Part shown: in pieces, positions 12,999 through 29,058 of the stretch
Layout: each line of letters starts with the position of its first letter
How positions within the stretch are numbered: the first letter of the stretch is position 1
DNA from: Paragordius varius
Taxonomy: Eukaryota; Animalia; Nematomorpha
NCBI GenBank assembly: GCA_964247055.1
Contig: OZ176056.1
Location: 1,612,001 to 1,676,000 of the forward strand
Direction: 5' to 3'
Length of the DNA stretch: 64,000 nucleotides
Position numbers and translations under genes: made by a program
Notes under the pieces: model-generated
What the model saw: only the letters and a program-made list of their open reading frames with translations
What the model was told of the DNA's origin: nothing
Database searches by the model: none

Positions 12999-14678
12999 TT
13001 CCTCAACACAAAATATAAAATTGCGGTTCAAATTTTTAGAGTGTGCGCTTTTGATACAACATGGATAAAAACAAATGATCGTTTTAAATAATTCTGTTTC
13101 TTGTATTTACAAATATGTTTTTAAAGGAATAATATGTTCCTTATACGCATTCTGCACTTTAAACAAATATATAATGTAGGATCTGAGAGAATGTATCAAG
13201 ATTTTATGATGCTCCTATCGTAGCGGCTCACAATTTACAAAAATATTTCCCGTTTTATCTATAATATAGAATTGCATATCGCTATTTTTAAAGCTCAGCA
13301 TATTTATTACTTTACAAAGAGGTTTATGAACGCCAATTATTTATTGAATGTTTTAATTATATATTAAAGCAAATTTTTTGTTTCATTCCCGCTGTCTCCT
13401 AAGAATGTAATGTTATACATAATATTTCTTCAGTTTGTTTTCGCTTTAGAACGCAATCTCACTAATTGAGTTCTTTGAAAGCCAACAAATCTAAAATATA
13501 AGACTTTGGAGATTCATTCAAAAATAGTAGAATTAAAAAAATAACATGCAATAAATTTTCCGTTTCTAAGATTTTGAGTTAAGAAAAACTTTCATAAATC
13601 TCTTTTAGGCCCTAAAATCAAAAGTACATGAGAATGATACAATTTTCTAATATATTACCAAAATTTTTGCGCAAAGAAATATCCTTGGGTGTAAAGTGGG
13701 GTCGACTTAAAAACAGAAATGCCAAATCAAAATGAGTGCTTAAATATTATCGCTCCATTAAACTTATTGGGACGACATGTTTTCTGGAAAATTGATTCGC
13801 CAACATTTAACATTTTATATAATATCCATACAATGGATATAGTTAGATCAAAAGATAATAAAAAATTATGTAAAAGTCTTTACTGAAAAAATAATGGCTT
13901 TATATTGTGAAAACTCTCCGTATATTTTTAAAATTTATGGAATAAATAAATTTATTATAAATTTGCGGGAAGAGGTGATATATATCGTGAGAATATGATA
14001 ATATAATTATTATATGTATAAATATTCATAAAATACAATAAATATATTTAAAATCAATCATCAAGAACTTTTAGATTACCAAAAAATTTACTTATTTGAA
14101 TATTGGGTAAAATATTTAATGGTGTTTGACTAATTCTGTGAAAAATATGGTCCATCCGTGTATTTAAACATTGGTGAATAATTTTGGCATTTAACAAAGA
14201 AAAATAGACTCACAAAATTAAAGTGTATATATATATAATGGCGATCAAACTTTGAATTTTGAAAAAAAATACCAATAGTTTAAAAAATTATTATAAAATT
14301 TACATCAATACGATTTATTACATATATGAATGGGGTGTGGTATGCATTTGTTTCAAATTATGTCTAAATTAATCAATTCAGTAAATATTAAAATTTAGAA
14401 AATAATACGAAAAAAAGGTGAAAAACACAAATAGTTTTGTATAAAGAAAATCATATTTTTAAACAATACTCTTTTATATAACCAATAAGTTTACAATTAT
14501 GTAATATAAAATTGAATGTGCTACCAAAAAATCAAGGTTGAAATATGGTTTTTTTAAACCAAAATATATGAGTTATGTCTTGTCATACACTCTCTTACAA
14601 CAAAAAAAGGGGAAAATACATATTTATGAAAAAATTTTCTTCTCTAAAAAAATCGAAAAAAAAGAAAATCAAAGGAAT

Positions 14679-18198
<3,520 letters not shown>

Positions 18199-18439
18199 TT
18201 ATTTTCTATCATTATCAACTTTATTATTTTGGAAGATACATTTTAAGGTAGTTTAAAGTTTTGGCAATAAAATTACTTTTAAGATATTTTAATATAATTA
18301 TTAAACATTTATAAATAAACAATTTAATTTTAGTTTTGTAATTCCACCCTAAAATAAAAATTTTAAATGCACACCGCTTCCAAATTGGGGGATATATTCT
18401 AATAGGATGTAGCAGAATTATCATAGTGATTTGCCCTTA

Positions 18440-21290
18440 GGTGTGACATAATAAGGTTCACTTTTGTGGAAAGTGCATATCAGAAAATGGCTAAATTTGG
18501 CTACATATTTTTAAAAAATTTTTGGTATTGCTTCATTCAAAAAAATATTACAAAAGAAACTACCTAAAACAAGCAAATATATTTTTTGATATATTTTATT
18601 TTTAGATGTGGGCGCTCTTCTAAAAATTCATTACCTTAAGTTTTTCTATTGGAACTATTTGAAATTAAAAAGTATTTACGGTTAAAAATATGCATTCAAA
18701 AAATATTTTCTAAAATGTTAATTTGTAAAAAATGAAATGCTAAAATGGTGTTTTTTAAACAAACGCAAAATTGCCGGAATTGTGAGATAAAATTTATTAA
18801 TAAATGCTAAATCAACAAAAAAATATTCTGAAGCATACTTTTTACAAAAATTTTATTTTAGCATTTTTTGTTGAAGCCTACTTAGTTCCATTTTTAGGAT
18901 GATAACGGTATAAAAACGCTTTTAGTATTATAAAAACACTTTTAGCATTATAAAAACACTTTTTCTATATAATTCGATGGTGAACATTTCCATCGCTATA
19001 GAATTTTAATTTAAAAAATAAGGCTCTTTGACTTTCAAATATTTGGTGAATTTATTAAAAAACACAATCTATATACATAAATATAAGGAAGAACGAATAT
19101 TTTAATCAACAATCTTGGGTAATAGAAACGTTCAGATTTAAATTATATAATAATGCCTAAAAATAGGATATATTTTAACAAATTTTGCTAAAATTAAATC
19201 AAAGTATGTCAAAATTTAATATCTAAAAAAATTTCGCGCAATACCGGAATTTTTGTGTTATTTAAAAAAACAGGCCATTTTATAAGAGCAAAAAATATGG
19301 GACTTTCGGAGCCCATATCTTGATATTAGCATATTATAAAAATATTTCTTTGCTTTTTATAAGTAGTTTATGTGTTCTATTGTTTTTGATAGGAAGAATT
19401 ATTACATAATGCTCATATTTTGCCATTTTCTGATATGGAGCACTTACCATAAACGTTTAAATAACTTTATGTAAAGGCCAAAACCAAAAGAATTATTATG
19501 CTGATACATTTCCTATCTGAATATAATATTTCGATTTATTTTTTGGGGTACCATGTATCAACCAATATTCAAAAATTAATAATTTTGCCATATGATTCAT
19601 TGTATCTTAATATATGATTGTAATTTTTTTTATATGCCAGTGTATCGATTTAGTAAATAATCCGGTATTTTTTACGGCAAAATTTTGAGGTTTTCCTATT
19701 TCAATTTTATTATAAATTTGCGAATAATAATATTTACCAATTTCGATGGTTAGTTATTATTAGCTATCAATAAAATATTTTTTTAATAAATTATTGTTTA
19801 TGGAGTGCTTGGTAAAAAAAGAAGTTTAAAACCCTACCCATATTACCTTACACATGGCATAAAAAATATCCTGGTGATATCTTAAAGCTTTTTTATAACG
19901 TTTCCATCGTGTCTCAAAATAGTATGAAGTGCTTCAAAATTCTATGAATTATTTTTTTAAAATGTTTGCATTACAAATATTTTGATGTTATATTTAGCAT
20001 ATATGTAAAATCTTTATGGCGCAATCTCGGCATTTTTGTGTTTGTTTTAAGGAGCCCAGTTTAAAAGGGCGATAACATTTGGAACTTTAGGAGTCCACAT
20101 CTAAAAACTTAAATTTTATAATATTATTGTTTTTCTTTTTAAAAGTGAATTACATTTATTTGAATGATTTATTTGCTTCATGTTTTTTATAAAATGTGTG
20201 CAAATCTTGCCATTTTCTGATATGAATCACTTACCACAAAAGTAAAAATTACATTATTTAATTACTTGTAAAGATAAAACCAAAAGCACCATGATAATCC
20301 GGATACATGTTTCTATCAGAATTTATATATATTCATCAGCATAATTTACGATACCCAAATTTGGACGCACTATTATTTTATAATATTTGTTATGATAAAA
20401 AAGATGGTTTTACATAACAGCTTGGCAAGAATTAAACTATTTTTTTAACTATTTTAAAGCATAGTAAAATCCATCGTAAAAATATCGATAAAAATTATTG
20501 GCTTTTGTAGCCAATATCAATGTAAAATACTATATTTATCCGTAGTTTTCAATTTTTAATTAAACTTATACTTAATTTATGGCAAAATTTTGTTGAAATG
20601 TAATTCATACAATTGTGAGGCATAAAGGAAACGGTATAAAAACAATTTAGCAAAATATGATGATACTGAACATTTCTCTAATCCCAGAGTTTTAATTTAA
20701 AGGTTAGTTTTCTTTTAAATCTGGATTTTTTAAAAAGAATCAACGTGATTAACGAGGTGATAGATATATTCAGAATCATTAAATTATATATCAAAGATAT
20801 TAACATCTATTGCATTTTTATACCGTTTCCATCATGCCTGGAAATCATATGAAGTACGATTTAACATAACATCTACTGCGTTTTTATACCGTTTCCATCA
20901 TGCCTGGAAATCATGTGAAGTACGCTTAAAGAAAACTAAAAATTAAATTTTTGACAGATGCATATATATTTTAAAAATAGTTTTTTAAATTTAATATGTA
21001 GAAGTTTTTATGGTGCGTTTTTGACATGTTTGCACTTATTTTATGGAGGCCATTTTTGAAGGCCAAACACATTTAAAACTTTGAGAGCCCACATCTAAAA
21101 ATAAGAATTTTATAAAAAAATATTTTTTTGCTTTTTATTCGTAGTTTATAATATATTTTAGTGATATTTTTTGAAATGAAGTTAGCTTTGATCAAAATAA
21201 TTTATTTTAAAATCTTGCGCAAATCTTACCATTTTCTCATATGGATGAGTTATGTTACCACAAAAGTGTGAAAAGCCTAAAAGGGCCGAA
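18440..21290. repeat. Nest of degenerate direct and inverted copies of a roughly 400-500 bp unit (long-TIR element remnants) upstream of Rab14
   Basis: Blocks TTGCCATTTTCTGATATG..CACTTACCA (19420, 20208, 21226; reversed at 18465), GAG.CCACATCT (20092, 21085; reversed at 18605) and TTTTATACCGTTTCCATC (19890, 20815, 20881; reversed at 18903, 20628). Confidence 0.6.
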
Positions 21291-22594
21291 ACTAATAGCA
21301 ATAATCATGAGACTTGAAATATACATATATTTCTTCAAAATATTTTATTAACACTGTGTATATTCAAGCCAAAGATTCGCCATATTAGTTTAGCCTTTTT
21401 TAAAGAAAAGGGGAATAATATTTTTTGAGCCATTTTGAGTGATAATATAATTTTAACATGAACGCATACCTTAATGATTTCTTATCGGTTTTTAAAATTA
21501 ATTCGTTTATAGTATTTTTATCATATTTTATTTAAATTAATTATTAATATTGATGGATTTATCAAAAAAAAGTGTGGGGCCCACCGGATTTTTAAGTTGA
21601 TGTGCGACATGACTGGTAATCTAAAAGCACAAAATTAAAAATAATTGGCAAACTACACTAATTATTATTTAAATTAGGGAGGATTTCCCGATTATTATAA
21701 ATTAAATTCGTTTACGAATTTTATGTGTGACAAAGATAATATATGCAAAAATTATGTTAATTTAACTAATTTGGCTTATCAATGGTTTAATTGATAAATG
21801 CCAAATGATTAATTCGGTATTTAAATTAATTTGATCATTATAATATTAAAAAACGAGTTAATTTTCATAATATATTAGGTATCCAACATACATTAATGCC
21901 AAAAAGTTTTGAATTAATTAAATTTTTATGTCTATATTGTGGGTGGTATATAAAGGTAGGTTAGCTTACAAAATTTAAAAAAATTTTTTTAATTCCTATT
22001 ATGAAAACCCTCTACGGAATTTTATTGGTAATATTTTAAATATTAAATCAAACCAATGGAATATTCAGTTATACAGTATGAATGAATATATATTGTTAGA
22101 ATATTAATTATTGCCAAATAGTATATGCAGCAAATTATTGGATAATAATAATAAAAAGTGAAAAAAATAACTATAAGCCAATAATACTGCCCTTTGTTGT
22201 CTATGCTATTTGGAAATAATTAATTATTTCCTAGCAATATATACTTACTCATACTGTATATAAGCCACTTAGAGTACTTTAATTTTAATAATTCCAGATT
22301 TTTTGTCAGCATCAAACGTTTGTAATTTTATAAGAAGGGATGGGTCAAACCAAAGAGAATTTTATAAAAGTGTTGCAAGATGTTTTTTATTTGAAACACT
22401 GTTGAAATGTAATCACACAAGCCAACGTATATAAATCAATCTCCTTCATTTTATTTAATTTTCGATAATAATTTCGAGCAAAATTTTATCAAGAAATAGT
22501 TTTTATGGATTAGTTTATAACACGAAAAAATAAAACTCGTCTGCTCAGGATGGACAGTGATGTATATGCATGTATGCTAAAACGAACATATCTA

Positions 22595-22897
22595 ATGTCT
22601 GGAAAGAAAGTTCCTTGAAAAAAAATATATTAAAACATTCTAATAAATAACTTTTATGTATATGTGATGTAGACTATCGTAGCTGTATTGTGTGTTTCAA
22701 TGATGTTTGGAGGAAACACAGTGGAATGCGAAGAGGAAAGGCATTATTACAGGCATGGCGGATACCATGGTGATAGATATCACCATGGGGGATATCATGG
22801 AGGTTATCCTTATAGAGGAGGTTATTATGGACACGGCTATGGGCACGGTTATGGACACGGCTATGGTCACGGACATGGACATTGGAGACATGGATAA
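22595..22897 (+). CDS. Small secreted Gly/His/Tyr-rich peptide, about 79 aa
   Basis: Main exon 22673-22897 follows a TAG acceptor: hydrophobic TIVAVLCVSMMFGGNTVEC, then RHYYRHGGYHG..(GYGH)n..WRHG*. An in-frame stop upstream requires a short first exon; best candidate 22595-22609 (MSGKK, weak GTTCCT donor). TATA-like GTATATAAA near 22427. Confidence 0.75.
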
Positions 22898-23329
22898 TTT
22901 TTTTTAAAACAATTTAGTTAAATATTTATGAAAAATGCCATTAAAGCACACATACTTAATAAATTGAACTAAAGATTTAAATAAATAATTTATGAAATAT
23001 CGATTAGGATATAATTTGTGAAGGATTGTGTATATTTAATTCATGCAATATAGACATTTGAGATATTGATAATTTGATTTCAACAAATTTAAGTATTTGT
23101 ATAAGATTATCATGATTATATTAATATATTAAGTCATGTGGGTATTGACGGGTGCGTTTTTTCTATTGCCGAATTTACAAATTCTATTAAATATTATTAT
23201 AGAAATAAAAAAGTAGTTATGCATAAAAAATTTATAAGGTATATATAAAACCCATGAATCTATATATATACATGGGTTATTCAAAAACATGCACACTAAA
23301 TAATCGTTATATGATACTGTATTTTTAGG

Positions 23330-24553
23330 GCATCGGCTAAAAAAAACGCCTGACCTTAATTTTTACTTAGGTACGTGTAATATCCCAATTTTAATGAACT
23401 CTATGGCTTCATAAATATTTTGTAAATCAGCTCTAAAACAACGCAATTTCTATATAGTGGCGCATTTTTTGGCGGGTAGTTCCTTACCCAGGGGCAGGTA
23501 TAAAAAAGCGTTGGACAAAATTTTTGCCCTTATATGGGGAAAATCTAGAATTATCATGTTCATATGTTTCTATAAATTCTAGGAAATATTGCTTCAAACT
23601 AAAAATTGTTCTATGGCGGCGCATTTTCATGGCGTAAACTTTACTTAGCGAATCATTAAAATAACCCCCTATACTAAATTATTTGTTTTTTAAGGGGTAA
23701 TAAATATTTTAGGCCCTTATACTCACATCATAGGTTTTCTGAAATTTGGCTCCAACGGCATGCTGTATCGATAGGTTGACGCAGTTTTACGCGAGTAGCC
23801 CCATAACCAGGGGCGATTAAAGTTTTTCTTCAATTCGGGTAATACCCGGAATCATGATTGATTCCATATGCACTCATTAGTTTTTGGAAAAATTGCCTTA
23901 GAACTGAATAATAATTCTATGGTGGCGCATTTTTCAGGGCAAGAAGGGCCTAATTAACGGCTAATTTTAAACCACACACATTTTTGCCTTATTAGGGGTA
24001 ATTTTTAAGTACCTATTGAACTCATATGGCCTGATAGGTATTCTGAAATTTAACCCGAAAGGCACTCTTTTTCAATATGATGGGGTAGTTTTTAGCGGTT
24101 ATCTGTTTTCCCGGCAGCCAATATAAAAAACGCATGACTAAAATTTTTGCCTTTTAACATGGAATACCTGGAATCCTTATTGAATTTTTACGGCATACCT
24201 TGGCGAAAAAAAGATCGTATGATTCTTGAAAAATGGCATTTTACGGTGGGAGCGGGTAAAAGGGAGCCGATTATGTTCGGCGCAATCGGAAATAGTAAAA
24301 AAAATCATATTAGAATTCGAATGGTTTAATACGTTTTCCGGAAAATTGTCTCAAAGACACGATTTTTTCAAAAAAAACCGTTTTTTACACGGAGTGTGCT
24401 CGAACTGGGGGGCCTAATTAAAAAAAAGTGCGAAGTCATTGTCGCGGCATTCATTAATGATTATATTTTTCCACCTTTGGATTTAAATGGGTCTAACGGT
24501 TTTCCGAAAGAGATAATAAAGCCAGCATTTTCCTGTTTTTATAAATATATAGA
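23330..24553 (-). mobile_element. Second copy of the same Helitron family, with more internal repeats of about 300 bp; 3' end not resolved
   Basis: Shares the 5' end (AATCTATATATTTATAAA..AAAATGCTGGCTTT) and internal blocks (GGCATGCTGTATCGATA, GGGAGCCGA..TTCGGCGCAATCG) with 37616-38444. Confidence 0.7.
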
Positions 24554-26872
24554 TTAAAAGTATTTCATTGTTAGATCTTATTCAAATGGTATATAATCTA
24601 TAGGTTTTACAAAATTAACCAATGTAAATCTCTATTTCATAAATTGAGTTATATTTAAAACAAGTTTAAAAGTGTAGCAGTTGTTTGAAAAAAATTATAT
24701 GTTTATGTTTGTACGTTTTGTCTGTTTAGTTTCAATTTTTATTGTATTATTCCGGTTAATATTAGATCAGATAAAAATAACAGTTAAGTGATCTACCACT
24801 TTGTTTTACATCGACTATTTTAAAAGTATGGATAATTTCAAAAACTAATTTTTTATGATGTGGTGCCCTAATATTACATTATGTACGAGCACATGTTTGT
24901 TTTAGCTTTTTCTAAAGTTTTTTAAGACCTTATTGTTGATGTTTAAAAATTTTTACATTCGATTCCAACGTTTAAATACGTTAATGTAGTTAGTTTATAT
25001 GATAATTCATCTTAAGAACAGTAAGTTGTAACCGGGAATGTATACCATACATTGTAAAATGCGCAACTTTTTGAAAAATTATGAGTGCTGGAACGCTATT
25101 TCGGCAAGCGTTATGCGCTGTTAATATCATCATATTTTTGATCTACCTGTATTTTTAGATGACTACCTCCAAATCAACCAGATACATGTTTTGGGGTTGG
25201 TGTATTCAGTAGCTATATAATAATTTTTGTTTTCGCCTAAATTTTTAATCCAAATTTTTCCATTTTGATATAAAGAAACATATTCTATCATGTCCTGCAA
25301 TGTTTGCCACTACTATGAGAAGACTACATCATCCGAATAGTATATCATTCCTTGAGCCCCCCCTCCCCACACGGAATTGTTTTATAAATTTTTTCAGCAA
25401 ATATGCTTAATTGAAAAGCAAGGAATAGAATACAGACCTCTCTAACTCTTTCTATATGAAGAATTAAGCTTTAAGAAAAAAAATTGTCCATTAACGTTTT
25501 GTTAAAATAATTTCAATTTTCATGTATATTTTGAGGATGAGGAAAGAGTATATGAAAATTTTATAATCATCTTGTATATAAGTTATCAAAAACTTGTGAA
25601 CAATCAATATAACATCTAGACAGCGGTTTTTTATATTTTTCGCATTTTTCCATGGGAGCCGATACAAAACTCAGCTTTGATTTCCGAAATTGGGGGTTGT
25701 TGAGTATATTGGAAAGTTTGAATTAAATTATATTTGTAAAAATTAATATGGAATTTGATTATTTAAACCGATTAATCTATCAAATTTAACTCTTTTTTAT
25801 TTTAGTATTGGTAAGAGATTGGGTTATTGTATCGGGCCATACGCGATTCTAAAAGGTTTAAAATTTGAATCAGTTGGTCAAACAAAATTAGTTTTATAAA
25901 ATTCTAGAGGAGGGGAATCTAACAGCGTCCCTCTGAAACATATGTTGTGGGCCCGCAAGAAATTTAGATATCCTTATGCAAAAATATGCTCACAAAATCT
26001 TAGTAAAAAAGATCTTTCTTAAAATTTTCTGAATAAGTCTATGGCAACAAAATTATTATATTGTGTCTGCATGCTGCAATCTTATGTTTTTGTCTAATAT
26101 TCATTAATGCCCATACATAATTCTAACGCGAAGCCATTTCATGACTAGAGAGAATTTTTTTTCCAGAAATTTAATATCTCACTTCACTTCTTTCTAGTTA
26201 GAATACAGGGTTTGTTATATTCATTTATCATATGTCCTCCCGGTTCCACTTCTCCGGGAACCACGGCGGTACAGATTCCAAAATTTCAGAAACCACCCCG
26301 GTTCTATCTAAAAAAATTTAGGAACCGACGCGGTTCCGGTTCCACCCCCTTAATTACTAGTTCCCATATGATTTTTTATATGAAAATTTTATTTTATTAT
26401 TTAAATTTGATTGTACCACTACACATTACAACATACTTCAAACCTAAAACTAAGCGGCTAATATTAGCGATACTCTTTGAATTATGGACGATTTGGCTCT
26501 TTTAAAGAAACTAAATCATAACTCAAGTTTATTTACAATACATATGTTCGCATATATAGGTCCACGTTGAAAGAAAATTTTCACCCTTAATTTTCTATTT
26601 TCAGACTTGAGCAGCAGTTTGACCAGAGAATTGCTTGGTGCAATAAGTTTTTAGTTAAATAAAGTTTTTTTAGATACCATACTTAATTTAACTCTCATTT
26701 TATACCTTTATACTTATACATTTTCCTATAATATTTTTGCAATTTGTTTCATTTATTATGCTACACTATATTTCTTTCACTATACATTTGGCAATTCATA
26801 ATAAATTGTTTGATTTAATTTTGGTTGTATTATTATAATATTAATAATTTTGTAAATCATTTAATTAAAAGT

Positions 26873-27067
26873 CAGAAGCCGAAAATGGAACCGGTTCTAA
26901 ATGTAAAAAACCGGTTTCGGAACCGCTAAATTTTTAAGAAAACAAGGTAGTTCCGGTTTCATTTGTTTAGGAACCACCCCGGTTCCAAAATTTCAGAAAC
27001 CGCCATTAAATTGTTAAGAACCGACCCGGTCCTGGTTCCACATTTTTTGAACCGGTTCGAAGCCCTG
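26873..27067. mobile_element. GAACCG-motif-rich, hAT-like MITE remnant; partial copy at 26235-26346
   Basis: Right end reads CAGGGCTTCGAACCGG on the minus strand. Many GAACC/GGTTC motifs. No 8-bp TSD seen. Confidence 0.45.
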
Positions 27068-27917
27068 ATTTTTAGCTATAATAATGGTTTTTGAGACAAA
27101 TCTTATTAAAAATTTGATGTTGGAACGCCCAATCGTCATAAATTCTAAGTCGAGAGTGCACTCAAAAATGAAATGTTACGATTATTTCTACAAATTATCG
27201 GAAGTAAAAAAAGAATAATTTTTAAATAAATCTACTCTGTTACGACCCCACCTAACTGTGTCACAAATTTAATTCACAAATCTAACAATTTATTCAGTTT
27301 GCATAATCCAGCACAGTATTATTGAAATCACAGGGGCAAAACGTAAAAAGACAAATATTTTTTTTTCAAAAGACCGCTGTTACCTGGATATTTTTGAAAC
27401 TCATTGTTTTAAAATTTTAAAGTATGAAATAAAAATGTAGATTGGTAACAACTTATATATTTTAAATGAATAATTTGTTGCACAGGAAAAATTGAATGAA
27501 AAATACAAAGTTTTGAAAAAATATATATTTATTTTGAAATTTTGTCCGTATAATTCAATTTTTACTATATCTGCTATAAAATTCCATCCTGACACAATCA
27601 GGCCCTTTCCCCAAACTATTAGCTTAAAATCTTAGAAATAAGTCCTAAAACCAATCATTTAATTAATTTGAACAAATTATTAATAAAAAATCTAACAAAC
27701 ATTATGAAAATGGTGACATCTTAAAGGCATATATATATATATATATTTATAAAGTAGTTTTTCAAACATATTTATAAAAGAGAAAGATATTAAGCCGTTA
27801 TTTAAGCTTAAAATGTTTAATTAGCTATTTCACAATTTTATAATTGTTTGTTTTATGAAATTATAAATGATTATTCTCACTCTAAAAAATCTTCGAAATA
27901 TAACTTAAATTAAACAC

Positions 27918-28500
27918 ATACACTATTTGCACTTCAAAAGTGTCCTTGAACACTTCAAGTTGGTCCTTGAACAGTTCAATGTCCTTGAAAAATTCAAGTT
28001 GGTCCTTGAACAATTTAAGTTGGTTGGTCCTTTGACTTTTTATTTGGTTTTTAACTTTTATCAATCAAATCGTAAATCATTCATCTATTTTATCGTTTTA
28101 ACCTTCCTACTATTTAACATGAATTTTATATCAATAACAACTTTTAATCATTGAGAAACCGTATACCTTCATTAATTTCTTAAAATTATTTTGGATATTA
28201 ATGAGATATTAACACGAAATGAAATAATATGGAAGTTTTCTGGTTATTAATTACAATTTTTCATTAAATACATTTAAATGTAATAATTTTGTAAAATTAG
28301 GAAAATATTAGTTTGAAATAAAAAAGTGATTTTTTAATAAATATTTTGATGTTTAAATGAATATTTATTTAATATATAAAGAAAATTAGGTTAAAAAATA
28401 ATAAAATACAAAAATGTAAAAATTATGGTTAAATATATTTTAAAAAATTTTAAGGACCAACTTGAAGTGTTCAAGGACACTCTTGAAGTGCTAATGGTAT
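27918..28500. mobile_element. Foldback-like element with tandemly sub-repeated inverted arms (ATACCATT.. termini)
   Basis: About 21-bp subunits (CTTGAACACTTCAAGTTGGTC) repeated at 27930-28030 and inverted at 28450-28495. Similarly built elements at about 16017-16290, 40265-40501, 46208-46489 (nested in a CAGT MITE) and 59200-59620. Confidence 0.6.
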
Positions 28501-29058
28501 ATAATAAAATTTTAATTAATTATTATATCAGAAAACAATATTTCCTAACAACTAACTTTACCAAAAGAGAAAATATTCCTATATTGGTATTGGACAATAA
28601 GTTTTTCATTATATACAACACCATTTTTAAGTGGCGATATTTCAAATTATTTTAAATCATATTCTTTGTTTTAAATCAATATTCTAGGGTTGCTTGAGTA
28701 TTACATTACTAAACTCTATTACAAAGGATAATTTTTTAATAATATAGTAAAAATATATTACAGTAGCAATAATAACCACATAAAACTAAAGACAAATATT
28801 TTTATCTATTATTTCATTTTTCCAAATATAAATAACTCATGGCTGTGGTTGACGAAACGGTAATCCGATAAACTGGTAATAAACTCAAATATATAATTTC
28901 GAAATTGTAATCTAATAGATTATGTGGAATAGATCAAGATTTAAGAAGATATATCGGTATTTTTAATAAACATTTGTTTTTTACATTTTGTTTATAATTT
29001 CAATTTTAAAAATAAATTTTTGATTTATTTTTTATCAGAAGCCAAATTTCAAAAAAAT

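Noticed and set aside
22697-22907. ORFs 22697-22891 (minus) and 22707-22907 (plus), and a CRISPR-like reading of the short repeats
   Set aside because: Alternative frames of the Gly/His/Tyr codon repeats. There is no repeat-spacer structure and the context is eukaryotic.
24147-24417. ORFs 24147-24329 and 24226-24417
   Set aside because: They lie inside the non-autonomous Helitron copy, are not preserved in the second copy, and have no Rep or helicase motifs.
27882-28655. ORFs 27882-28064, 27927-28154 and 28425-28655 with KDQLEVF repeats
   Set aside because: Translations of the roughly 21-bp subrepeats in the inverted arms of a foldback-like element.
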